The position numbers and the translations under genes are program-made. Of a stretch of 64,000 nucleotides of DNA, positions 1 through 8,277 are shown piece by piece. Each line of letters begins with the position of its first letter. The stretch's first letter is position 1. Source of the DNA: Saprospiraceae bacterium (lineage in GTDB: Bacteria; Bacteroidota; Bacteroidia; Chitinophagales; Saprospiraceae); the NCBI GenBank assembly GCA_046153695.1, contig JBJXEZ010000273.1:411-64410 (forward strand), in the 5' to 3' direction. Below the pieces are notes generated by a model that had not been told where the DNA came from, searched no databases, and worked only from the letters and a program-made list of their open reading frames with translations.

Positions 1-1090
1 TCACACGACGGCGACGCGACAAGCAACCAAACCTGCGTCAATCGAAAAACCGTTACCCGCACCTATCGGGCCACGGATTCTGGCGGCCTGACCGCCACCT
101 GCACGCAGGTCATAACTGTGTTCGACAACGTGATGCCCGTGTTTACCTCGGTGCCAACCAATGTGACCGTACAATGCAACAGCATCCCCGCCGTGGGTAA
201 CCCATCGGCCAGTGATGGCTGTGGCGGTTCGGCAAGCATCGCGTACAACGGCCAAACGGTGTCCAATATCCTGTGTACCGACAAGTATACCCTCACCCGC
301 CAGTGGACGGCCACGGATGCCTGTGGCAACACCAAGACCGCCACCCAACGGATTGTGGTGACGGACACGCAACTGCCCAACTTCACCAGCACGCCAGCCA
401 ATGTTACCGTGCAGTGCAACGCTATTCCGGCGGCAGCCGCACCCACGGCCACGGACAACTGCGATACCTCGGTGGCCATCACATATAATGGCCAGACGCA
501 AACCGATGGTGCCTGCCCGAACGCTTACACGCTCATCCGCCGCTGGATCGCCGCCGACAACTGCGGCAATACGCGCAGCATTTCGCAGCGCATCACCGTG
601 GTGGACAACGGCAAGCCTGTTTTCACCGTCCTGCCTGCCAATGTGACCATTGGATGTACAGACCCGATACCGACTGTCGGCTCGGCCTCGGCATCGGATG
701 CCTGCACGGGCGCGGTCTTAGTAACGTATCTCGGGCAAACGACTGTCAGCGGTACTTGCCCCGCCAGTTACCAGATCAAACGCACCTGGCGTGCCACCGA
801 TGTATGCGGAAACAGCACGGTGGCTACTCAAACCATTCAGGTGACAGACAGTGGAGTGCCGGTATTTACTTCCGTTCCGGCAGCACTTACCATTTCTTGC
901 ACGGCACCTGTGCCTCCGCTGGGCACGCCAACGGCTACAGATGCTTGCGGCGGCTACGTCCATATCACGTACTTGGGCCAGGTGGCCACTGGTAGTGGCT
1001 GCGCGGCCAACTTCACCATCACCCGTACCTGGCGGGCCGACGACTTGTGCGGAAATAACGCTACAACTATGCAGGTGATCACGGTACTGG
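1..1090 (+). repeat. Tandem ~240-bp coding repeats (HYR-like modules) inside the adhesin gene
   Basis: The peptide anchors PVFTSVP / PNFTSTP / PVFTVLP / PVFTSVP recur every ~80 aa. Conserved Cys and the R.W.A.D.CGN motif recur in each unit. Confidence 0.75.
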
Positions 1091-1443
1091 GTACGACTTA
1101 CGGACCGCAGGAAACAGAAAACCGTACCGAGGGTATGGAGAACGGTGGGCGACCACAAAATGGGCAACTGCATAGGGCGCCCATACTGAATACGGTGTAT
1201 GTAATGCCCAATCCGACTACGGACTTGATTTGGATTGACTTGTCCGACTTTGCTCGCGATGGGGCGACTATTTCGGTTTACAACGACTTAGGGCAGGCGG
1301 TTTTGGTACGCCAAGTGGCGTTGATGGACAATCAAAAGATTTCGGTGAGCCTGCGCGAAGCGGGCGCTTCAGCAGGGATTTACACATTGAACGTCCGCAG
1401 CGCAAGCGCCAGCGCAGTCAAGCGGGTAGTACTGACTGACTGA
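1..1443 (+). CDS. Secreted repeat adhesin, 3' part (HYR-like Cys-containing tandem modules plus T9SS C-terminal sorting domain); the 5' end lies upstream of the window
   Basis: Frame 1 is open from base 1, and the start listed at 118 is GTG inside a repeat. There are at least 4.5 tandem ~80-aa modules with pattern P[VN]FT..P.NVT..C...P......A.D.CG....I.Y.G......C...Y...R.W.A.D.CGN......Q.I.V.D. The last ~80 aa (VYVMPNPTTDLIWIDL...IYTLNVRS...) look like a T9SS type A sorting domain. Confidence 0.8.
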   Translation, partial: SHDGDATSNQTCVNRKTVTRTYRATDSGGLTATCTQVITVFDNVMPVFTSVPTNVTVQCNSIPAVGNPSASDGCGGSASIAYNGQTVSNILCTDKYTLTRQWTATDACGNTKTATQRIVVTDTQLPNFTSTPANVTVQCNAIPAAAAPTATDNCDTSVAITYNGQTQTDGACPNAYTLIRRWIAADNCGNTRSISQRITVVDNGKPVFTVLPANVTIGCTDPIPTVGSASASDACTGAVLVTYLGQTTVSGTCPASYQIKRTWRATDVCGNSTVATQTIQVTDSGVPVFTSVPAALTISCTAPVPPLGTPTATDACGGYVHITYLGQVATGSGCAANFTITRTWRADDLCGNNATTMQVITVLGTTYGPQETENRTEGMENGGRPQNGQLHRAPILNTVYVMPNPTTDLIWIDLSDFARDGATISVYNDLGQAVLVRQVALMDNQKISVSLREAGASAGIYTLNVRSASASAVKRVVLTD

Positions 1444-1461
1444 TCAATTCTAATCAGTCAA

Positions 1462-1516
1462 AAGGGCGCAGAGCGGATAGCATATAGGTGATCTCAACTC
1501 TGCGCCCTTTTTTTTG
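1462..1516 (+). terminator. Rho-independent terminator after the adhesin gene
   Basis: A 12-bp stem aagggcgcagag / ctctgcgccctt is followed by a T-run (ccctttttttttgg). Confidence 0.7.
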
Positions 1517-1628
1517 GAGAAGGACACGGCTTCGTTTTTAATAAAAAACGCGAAAAACAGGTTGAAATCAACCGGCCTTGAAAGTCAATAGGCCCGAGAA
1601 CCATTCACACTTGCCCAGATACATTCCA

Positions 1629-2051
1629 TTATTCGCGTAAATACTCGATCTGATGTTCCATCGGGCTGTTTTTGTTCAGCATAGCCGATATCCCGCAGTA
1701 TTTATTCAGCGACATGTCCACTGCCTTTTCCACCTTCTCGCGGTGCTCATCGGCTACACGGATTCGATAGGTGATCCGGATTGTTTTGAAAACCCTTGGG
1801 TGTTCATCCGTCAAGTCGGTTTCGGTGAGGATTTCAAAATCAGAAAACGGTGCCCGCATCTTGTTCAGCAAGGAAACCACGTCTATGCCGGTACAGGCCG
1901 CTAATGTGCCGAGCAGCAGTTTTTTTGGCGAAGCCCCGCTGTCGTCGCCGCCGATGTCAGGCAGGGTGTCCATGACAACTTTGTGGTTGCCGATTTCGGT
2001 TTCAAAGGCCATATTGCCTTTGTGTCGGGTGGTAATGGAATAGCTTGTCAT
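1629..2051 (-). CDS. OsmC/Ohr family peroxiredoxin-like protein
   Basis: The translation MTSYSITTRHKGNMAFETEIGNHKVVMD...SPKKLLLGTLAACTGIDVV...NKYCGISAML has typical OsmC-fold length and carries both conserved Cys. The start was moved to the internal ATG at 2051 so that it does not overlap the upstream gene. Confidence 0.75.
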   Translation of the reverse strand: MTSYSITTRHKGNMAFETEIGNHKVVMDTLPDIGGDDSGASPKKLLLGTLAACTGIDVVSLLNKMRAPFSDFEILTETDLTDEHPRVFKTIRITYRIRVADEHREKVEKAVDMSLNKYCGISAMLNKNSPMEHQIEYLRE

Positions 2052-2115
2052 ACCACTTAAAACCGAATAGAACCGGGCAGGTTCACCGGGCAGGGTGGTC
2101 TTTTTGTGATAAGTT

Positions 2116-3738
2116 TCACCACTTGGAACCGAGTACGGAGGTAACATAGTACATCTCCATCATACCCTTGTTTTTGGCGGCCACTTTGCCACGGGGCTGC
2201 CATTCGAACTCATATTTTGCTTTCCAGTAGGTGTCTTCGCTGACATTGACGCGGCCCGGCGCACAGGCTTCTTCCATACGAGCTGCGGTGTTCACGGAGT
2301 CGCCCCAGATGTCGTACGCAAACTTTTTTTCGCCGACTACCCCCGCCACAACAGGACCGGTATGAATACCGATACGGGCTTCGAAGCAAGGCATGCCCTG
2401 GCTCATACGCTCGGCTTTGAGGTGTAGTAGAAAGTCCTGAATCTGCAAGGCTGCCTTGACCATATCGGTCGGGCTGGCGTTTTTGTCTGACAGGCCACTG
2501 GCGCAGATATAAGCATCGCCAACGGTTTTGATTTTTTCGATTCGGTATTTAGCGATAATGCGGTCGAAATTGGTGAAGCAGTAGTCCAGTTCCGCCACCA
2601 ATTGCTCCGGACTTAACAATTCAGACAATTGGGTGAAGCCCGTGAAGTCAATAAACATGACTGTGGCATCGTCGTACTTCTGAGCGGCCACTTTTTTCTT
2701 GGTCTTGAGCTCTTGGGCGATGGCCAGGGGGAGGATGTTGAGCAAGAGCTCGTCGCTTCGTTTTTGCTCGTCTTCGATAATCTTGTTTTTATGGGAGAGG
2801 TCGTTGGCGGTGCGTTGTTTGGAGCGGAAAAGCAGGAAAAACAGCGCGGCTATGACCAGGATGAGCAAAGAAACCATAACGAGGAAATTCCGTGCCGACT
2901 CGGACTTTTGCCGGGCTGCGTCTATCTCGGCCGAGATGGCCTTTTGGGTCTGTACGTCGCGTTCCAGTTGCACTTTGATGATAGAATCGAGCATCTGCTG
3001 CTTGTTCATTTTTTCCAATTCCCGGCGTTTTACCCGTTCGACCGAATCTTTTTCGGTCGAAATCTGGGAAATGGTCGCGTCGCGCTTGCTCACCTCTTCT
3101 TGTGAAAATGCTTCTACTTGCTGGATTTGCTCCTTGAAATTGGTTTCCAAAACGGCTGTTTGGCCAGTGGCTTGTGCAAGTTGTTCGCGCAGTTCGCGGT
3201 TCTCGGCTTCCAGGGCAGAAATTTGTTTTTCCAAACGCCGCGCCACGTCGCCACTGCCGGAGGAACGCCCGCTGTTCTCTTGCAAATAGCCGATCATTTC
3301 CTGACTCCATTTCAGCGCCTCGGAAAGGTTGCGTTGTTCCTTGTTGATGGTTAGCAGGCGTTCGGCAGCCTGCAGCGCCACGTCGCGGTGGCCGTAATTT
3401 CGGGCGGTGTTCCAGGCTTCGACAAACCGCGTTACAGCATCCGGGTAGCGTTTTGCCCGGTATTGCGCTTCCCCGCTGAGGAGCACGGCATCGGATGCCA
3501 TGCGTTTTTCGCCCAACAGAACAGCGATTTCATGGGCAGTGTAAGCGTTTGAGGCGGCTTCGGCATATTTGCGGCCTGTCATGAGCGCCTGAGCAAGATC
3601 GTAACTCACCTGAAGGCGTTCGGGCTTGGTTTGCGCTCGGTTCAGACGTGCTTTGAGCTCGCCGACAGACTGTGCGACAAGCGGCCCGGTGCTCGACAAG
3701 AGCAGTAAAATGACGACGGATACGGAGTAAAACTTCAT
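2116..3738 (-). CDS. Membrane adenylate/guanylate cyclase (class III) with N-terminal signal peptide, TPR-like sensor region and coiled coil
   Basis: The C-terminus carries class III cyclase motifs: ATVMFIDFTGFTQLSE, KTVGDAYICASG, RIGIHTGPVVAGVVGEKKFAYDIWGDSVNTAARME. There is one TM segment (FLVMVSLLILVIAALFFLLF), and the N-terminus is MKFYSVSVVILLLLSS. Confidence 0.85.
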   Translation of the reverse strand: MKFYSVSVVILLLLSSTGPLVAQSVGELKARLNRAQTKPERLQVSYDLAQALMTGRKYAEAASNAYTAHEIAVLLGEKRMASDAVLLSGEAQYRAKRYPDAVTRFVEAWNTARNYGHRDVALQAAERLLTINKEQRNLSEALKWSQEMIGYLQENSGRSSGSGDVARRLEKQISALEAENRELREQLAQATGQTAVLETNFKEQIQQVEAFSQEEVSKRDATISQISTEKDSVERVKRRELEKMNKQQMLDSIIKVQLERDVQTQKAISAEIDAARQKSESARNFLVMVSLLILVIAALFFLLFRSKQRTANDLSHKNKIIEDEQKRSDELLLNILPLAIAQELKTKKKVAAQKYDDATVMFIDFTGFTQLSELLSPEQLVAELDYCFTNFDRIIAKYRIEKIKTVGDAYICASGLSDKNASPTDMVKAALQIQDFLLHLKAERMSQGMPCFEARIGIHTGPVVAGVVGEKKFAYDIWGDSVNTAARMEEACAPGRVNVSEDTYWKAKYEFEWQPRGKVAAKNKGMMEMYYVTSVLGSKW

Positions 3739-3858
3739 AAAAAAAACGGTGTAGGAGACTGGAGCGGCAAATTGACCGCCAAAAATGAAAATTTCCTGGC
3801 TACTGGCCGTAAAAAAATAGGATTGCCGCTACTTTTACCTCCCTAACCAGCTACCACC

Positions 3859-4989
3859 ATGCATATCAAGCCCTTTCGGGCCTCCTTTCCAATTTTCAAT
3901 AAAATCCCTTCGCCTGACATTTTCTGCTCGGAGGCAAAAAACGCGTTTTTGGACTACCAGCGCAACCGGCTCCTGATGCAGACCGACAGCGAAGCCATTT
4001 TTATTTACCAAATTGAGGGCGCACACCGGAGCCACATCGGGCTGGTCGCTGTGAACGACGTCCAGGACTTTTTTCTAGGAAAAGTAAAAAAACACGAAAA
4101 AACCCTCAGTGAGCGCGAAATCAAGCAGAAAGACTTGCTCTTGCGCTGGCGTTCTGTGCTCAAGCCCGTACTGCTTACGTTCCCTCCGGTTGCTCCGATC
4201 AACGCCTGGATGCGCGATCACGCCACTGCCCGTAATCTGCTCTACGAGATACGGTTTGCCTCTGACGGTCAAACGCACCGCGCCTGGTCAGTAGCCGACC
4301 CCGAAGCCGTTCGGCACTTGCAGGCGCTGTTTCAGCAGCATGTGCCCAATGTGTATATTGCCGACGGCCACCACCGGACGAGTACCCTGGCTTTGTTGCA
4401 CAACCAGTTCAAGCCCGAGCACCCCGACCTCGACTTCGACAACTTGTTTGCTGCTTATTTCGCCACAGACCAGTTGGATATCCTGGATTACAACCGCGTT
4501 GTTGAGGGTCTAAACCAAATCAGCCCGGAGCAGTTTTTTGGCCGTTTGGCCAAGGTCTTTACCATTCAGCATGTAGAACACCCGCGCAAACCACGAAGGA
4601 AGTTCGAGATCAAAATGCTCTTTCGCGAGCATTGGTACCGCCTGCATTGGCGGCCTGAATCGCTGGAGTCGTTCCGCCTTACCCAACAATCGTTGCCCGT
4701 GCTGCTCGACGTAAGCCTGCTCAACGAATTGGTCTTGCACGACATACTGGGCATTCAGGACCTGCGCACCGACACGAGGGTCACCTATGTGGAGGGAAAC
4801 AAAGGCTTGCAAGGCATCCGCAAGGCCGTGCGAAACGACCCCAACCGGATGGGGTTTGTGCTGTACCCTGTCTCGTTCAGCGACATGATGTGCATTGCCG
4901 ACGCGGGCAAGATATTGCCACCGAAAAGCACCTACTTTGAGCCGCGCATGAAGACGGGCACGTTGATCAAGTCGTTGGAAAAGGAGTGA
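3859..4989 (+). CDS. DUF1015 family protein
   Basis: The protein is 376 aa with the characteristic IADGHHR motif and overall DUF1015-like layout (FLMQTDSEAIFIYQ..., ILPPKSTYFEPR). Confidence 0.7.
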   Translation: MHIKPFRASFPIFNKIPSPDIFCSEAKNAFLDYQRNRLLMQTDSEAIFIYQIEGAHRSHIGLVAVNDVQDFFLGKVKKHEKTLSEREIKQKDLLLRWRSVLKPVLLTFPPVAPINAWMRDHATARNLLYEIRFASDGQTHRAWSVADPEAVRHLQALFQQHVPNVYIADGHHRTSTLALLHNQFKPEHPDLDFDNLFAAYFATDQLDILDYNRVVEGLNQISPEQFFGRLAKVFTIQHVEHPRKPRRKFEIKMLFREHWYRLHWRPESLESFRLTQQSLPVLLDVSLLNELVLHDILGIQDLRTDTRVTYVEGNKGLQGIRKAVRNDPNRMGFVLYPVSFSDMMCIADAGKILPPKSTYFEPRMKTGTLIKSLEKE

Positions 4990-4991
4990 GT

Positions 4992-5171
4992 AAGCGCGTG
5001 TTTATAATTTAGCGCGTGTTTAAATTTCAGTGCCGAGGCGAAAGCGAGCGAATTTTGATTCAGGCAAGGCGAAATTTGCAGGCATAGTGTTTTTCTATGG
5101 CGAAAACTTCAACGCAGCATGAAGCAAAATTTGCGGCTTGCAGCCCGGTGACTGAAATATAAACACGCTCT
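4992..5171. repeat. MITE/REP-like palindromic element, long copy (family A)
   Basis: The imperfect terminal inverted repeats are agcgcgtgtttaaatttcagtgccg (5011-5035) and cggtgactgaaatataaacacgctct (5146-5171). An extra partial left arm lies at 4992-5010. The segment gcttgcagcc plus the right arm is nearly identical to the short copy at 14807-14866. Confidence 0.7.
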
Positions 5172-5417
5172 AAGCGCTTTTTCGCCCGCCGACAACCGGA
5201 GACGCAGGGCTTCTGCTTGTTGTAATATTGCCATTGTTCGTTTCTTTTTGCCGTTCAAAGGTAGAACGGTCATCTGTCAAGGCCTTTGTTGCGGACTATT
5301 TTTTTTCAAAAAACACCCCGCTGCATGTCACTCCGGGTGTGCCGCCTGCAAGAAAACCAAGGCAAAAAAAAACTATGCTGGTGTCCTCGTAACAACCGCC
5401 GCCTACCGGAAAAAAAC

Positions 5418-5425
5418 TACCTTTG
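5418..5425 (+). promoter_or_regulatory. Bacteroidota-type -7 promoter box (TAnnTTTG) upstream of lepA
   Basis: tacctttg lies 44 nt upstream of the lepA ATG and matches the TAnnTTTG consensus of Bacteroidota sigma-A promoters. Confidence 0.45.
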
Positions 5426-5468
5426 CGCCCCATTTTTCCAATCAATTCAGGTTAATCGAATCAATCAA

Positions 5469-7265
5469 ATGCAACATATCCGCAATTTTTGCATCATCGC
5501 ACACATTGACCACGGCAAAAGCACGCTTGCCGACCGGCTGCTGGAATTCACAAAAACCATCAGCAAGCGGGATATGCAGGACCAGGCATTGGACAACATG
5601 GATCACGAGCGCGAGCGCGGCATCACCATCAAAAGCCACGCTATCCAGATGCGTTACATCCACCCGGCCAATGGGGAGGAGTATATTTTTAACCTGATTG
5701 ACACGCCTGGCCACGTGGACTTTTCCTACGAAGTCAGTCGGGCCATTGCCGCCTGCGAGGGCGCTTTGTTGCTCGTGGATGCCTCGCAAGGTATTCAGGC
5801 CCAAACGATCAGCAACCTCTACCTCGCCGTGGATCATAACCTCGAGATCATCCCGATCGTGAATAAGGTGGATATGGAAAGCGCCAATGTCGAGGAAGTA
5901 CAAGACCAGATAATTGACCTCATCGGTTGCCAACGCGAGGAGATCATCTCCGCCTCGGGCCGCACAGGCATTGGTATCGAAGAAATCCTTGCAGCCGTTG
6001 TGGACCGGATACCGGCCCCCAAGGGCGATATCGAAGCTCCGCTGCAAACGATGATCTTCGACTCCATGTTCAATTCCTACCGGGGGGTCGTCGCTTATGT
6101 ACGCCTGATGAACGGCACGCTGCGCAAGGGCGACAAGATAAAATTCATGGCTACGGGGAAAGAAGTAGTGGCCGAAGAAGTCGGTATCCTGCGCATGGGC
6201 TTGCAGGACACCGGCGAGCTCAAGGCGGGCAATGTTGGATACGTTATTACCGGTATCAAGGTCAGCCGCGAAATCAAAGTCGGCGACACCATCACCCAAT
6301 TCGCGCGCCCGTGCAGCACACCCGTCAAGGGTTTCGAGGAAGTAAAACCAATGGTATTTGCCGGCCTTTATCCCCTGGATAACGACGACTTTGAAGACCT
6401 GCGCGACTCCCTCGAAAAACTCCAACTGAACGACGCCTCCCTTGTGTTTGAACCGGAAACTTCTGCCGCACTCGGCTTCGGATTCCGGTGCGGCTTTCTC
6501 GGCATGCTCCACCTCGAAATCGTGCAGGAGCGCCTCCAGCGCGAGTTCGACCAGGACATCATCACTACGGTGCCCAACGTACCCTACTTCGCCACCGACT
6601 TGAAAGACAAGCGTTTCGACGTGCGCCAACCCGCCGAACTGCCTGACCCCAACCACCTCAAGTCCGTAGAAGAGCCGTACATTTTCGCCCAAATAATCAC
6701 CAAGCCGGAGTACATCGGTAACATCATGAACCTCTGCCTGGACAAGCGTGGTATCCTCCAAAAACAAACCTACCTGACTCCCACCCGGCTCGAAATGACC
6801 TTTCACATGCCGCTGGCCGAGATTGTGTTCGATTTCTACGACAAACTCAAATCTTCTACCCGCGGTTATGCCTCGTTCGACTACCACATCCTTGACTACC
6901 GGGAAACTGACCTGATCAAACTCGACATCAAACTCAATGGCGAACAAGTGGACGCGCTCAGTGCGCTCGTACACCGCTCCAAAGCAGAATACATGGGCCG
7001 CAGGATGTGCGAAAAACTGAAAGACCTCCTGCCGCGCCAACAATTCCAAATCGCCATCCAAGCCTCCATAGGCCAAAAGGTCATCGCCCGCGAAACAATC
7101 AGCGCCTTGCGCAAAGACGTGACAGCCAAGTGCTACGGCGGCGACATCAGCCGCAAACGCAAACTGCTGGAAAAACAAAAAGAGGGCAAAAAACGCATGA
7201 AACAGTTCGGCAATGTTGAGGTGCCGCAGGAGGCGTTTTTGAAAGTGTTGAAGTTGAATGATTGA
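5469..7265 (+). CDS. lepA: Translation elongation factor 4 (LepA)
   Basis: [25 protein letters not shown] (G1), DTPGHVDF (G3) and NKVD (G4) are present, together with the LepA-specific C-terminus [25 protein letters not shown]. The protein is 598 aa from the ATG at 5469. The listed N-terminal extension from 5286 has no homology signal. Confidence 0.95.
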   Translation: MQHIRNFCIIAHIDHGKSTLADRLLEFTKTISKRDMQDQALDNMDHERERGITIKSHAIQMRYIHPANGEEYIFNLIDTPGHVDFSYEVSRAIAACEGALLLVDASQGIQAQTISNLYLAVDHNLEIIPIVNKVDMESANVEEVQDQIIDLIGCQREEIISASGRTGIGIEEILAAVVDRIPAPKGDIEAPLQTMIFDSMFNSYRGVVAYVRLMNGTLRKGDKIKFMATGKEVVAEEVGILRMGLQDTGELKAGNVGYVITGIKVSREIKVGDTITQFARPCSTPVKGFEEVKPMVFAGLYPLDNDDFEDLRDSLEKLQLNDASLVFEPETSAALGFGFRCGFLGMLHLEIVQERLQREFDQDIITTVPNVPYFATDLKDKRFDVRQPAELPDPNHLKSVEEPYIFAQIITKPEYIGNIMNLCLDKRGILQKQTYLTPTRLEMTFHMPLAEIVFDFYDKLKSSTRGYASFDYHILDYRETDLIKLDIKLNGEQVDALSALVHRSKAEYMGRRMCEKLKDLLPRQQFQIAIQASIGQKVIARETISALRKDVTAKCYGGDISRKRKLLEKQKEGKKRMKQFGNVEVPQEAFLKVLKLND

Positions 7266-7281
7266 GTTGCCTCCACGGGGC

Positions 7282-7496
7282 TCGCGACAATATTTCCCGA
7301 CGGCGCTATCCGATTTTGCAACTTTCGCTGCACATGCTGGCTTGCCAGAGGCGATTCTCAAGAATATTTTGCAAAAAATCCACCGAAAAAAGCCTGCTGC
7401 GCAGGTGAAGATTAGGCAGTGTTGTTGTCGGACGACCTGAGAACCGCCTACCGCAACATGCTGGAAGAGCGGCTGGCGCGGTTGGAGGGCGGGTAA
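7282..7496 (+). pseudogene. Decayed 3' fragment of a second hipT/hipA kinase gene (frameshifted, lacks the 5' three-quarters)
   Basis: The last 17 codons, LSDDLRTAYRNMLEERLARLEGG*, parallel the intact HipT C-terminus LPDDLKTSYRKMLEERLARLEGR* at 9130-9202, and a 24-nt run atgctggaagagcggctggcgcgg is identical. Upstream, in another frame, ...SDFATFAAHAGLPEAILKNILQKI aligns with the HipA C-terminal helical region. A frame change is required near 7400-7425. Confidence 0.65.
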
Positions 7497-7579
7497 GATG
7501 GGCGCTACATAGTGGCAAGAATGGAAACGCGGATGGGGCGGATTTGAAGGCTGAAGTGGAAGAGGGGTAGCTACCCGAT

Positions 7580-7616
7580 CCATTGGAGGTTCGACTTGGA
7601 GTCGAACCTTCAATGG
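7580..7616. other. Long perfect hairpin (17-bp stem, 3-nt loop) between the hipT remnant and hipB
   Basis: ccattggaggttcgact tgg agtcgaaccttcaatgg forms 16 Watson-Crick pairs plus one G-T pair. No T-run follows it. Confidence 0.6.
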
Positions 7617-7717
7617 GAAAGGAATCTACCGCCATAGCAGCATTTTTGCCCGAACAAAACCCAAACAAATTTCTATTGGCAAAAAAATGTGCTATTTTTG
7701 CCGCCAAAGCAGTAAAA

Positions 7718-7960
7718 ATGGAGATTCAAGATTTTGCCCTTATGGTGTTGTTCCATCGCAAAAAAAGCGGTATGTCGCGGGAAGACTGCGCCCGGCTGGC
7801 GGGCGTGGGCAAGACTGCGCTCTATGACATGGAGCACGGCAAGGCCAGCGTCCAGATGGACACGGTGCTGAAAGTGCTGCACGTCCTGAACATCAAAATC
7901 CAGTTCGCCAGCCCCCTGATGCACTTGTTTGAGGGCGAAACAACACAGCCTGAGCCATGA
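7718..7960 (+). CDS. hipB: XRE-family HTH protein, HipB-like component of a HipBST module
   Basis: The 80-aa product carries the HTH MSREDCARLAGVGKTALYDMEHGK. Its stop overlaps the next start (ATGA at 7957-7960). Confidence 0.8.
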   Translation: MEIQDFALMVLFHRKKSGMSREDCARLAGVGKTALYDMEHGKASVQMDTVLKVLHVLNIKIQFASPLMHLFEGETTQPEP

Positions 7961-8277
7961 GAAAAGCCGCCGTGTTTGTCCACGATGTTTTTGCCGGAAC
8001 GCTCGCCGAGGTGGGAGCCCGGCAGGCCTACCGCTTCGACTACGCCCCAGAGTACGCGGGCCAGCCCGTGTCGCTGACCATGCCCGTGGCGGCCAGATCG
8101 TTCACGTTTGACCGTTTTCCGCCCTACTTCGAGGGTGTGCTGCCGGAGGGCGTTATGCTGGAAGGGCTGGTGCGCAGCCTGAAAATAGACCGAAACGATT
8201 TTTTCAGCCAACTGCTCGCCACAGGCGGCGATTTGGTCGGTGCCGTTACTGTTTTCCCTGTCGACGACCATGAATAA
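7957..8277 (+). CDS. hipS: HipS-like protein (stand-alone HipA N-terminal subdomain)
   Basis: The 106-aa product VFVHDVFAGTLAE...YRFDYAPEY...VSLTMPV....F......PYFEGVLPEG...L matches the HipA N-terminal coupling domain pattern. It overlaps the downstream kinase ORF by 8 nt (ATGAATAA). Confidence 0.75.
   Translation: MRKAAVFVHDVFAGTLAEVGARQAYRFDYAPEYAGQPVSLTMPVAARSFTFDRFPPYFEGVLPEGVMLEGLVRSLKIDRNDFFSQLLATGGDLVGAVTVFPVDDHE

Noticed and set aside
5286-5468. N-terminal extension of lepA offered by the ORF track ([22 protein letters not shown]...). The track offers similar extensions for hipB (7583), lpxD (17751), the adhesin (24046), the LD-carboxypeptidase gene (30286), rimP (33297), the OmpA gene (39158), the sigma gene (39178), crp (15604), arsR (57286) and the DUF4340 gene (62882).
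   Set aside because: The extensions show no homology-like sequence. In several cases they contain the TAnnTTTG promoter box. The internal ATG gives the canonical N-terminus or signal peptide.
5442-7613. A 723-aa ORF on the minus strand, antisense to lepA. Similar long antisense ORFs occur at 8246-9265, 11385-12452, 15682-16569, 33919-35166 and 58027-59289.
   Set aside because: Each is exactly antisense to a gene with unambiguous conserved motifs. Their translations are low-complexity (rich in V, A, G, H, F) with no recognisable family. Stop-free antisense frames are a known consequence of codon bias in GC-rich coding DNA.
7580-7640. A possible tRNA fragment or tRNA gene, suggested by ggttcgact / agtcgaacc and a downstream ...ctaccgcca.
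   Set aside because: I could not fold a cloverleaf: there is no D-arm or anticodon arm, and the T-loop-like motif is simply one half of a 17-bp palindrome. It is treated as a hairpin only.
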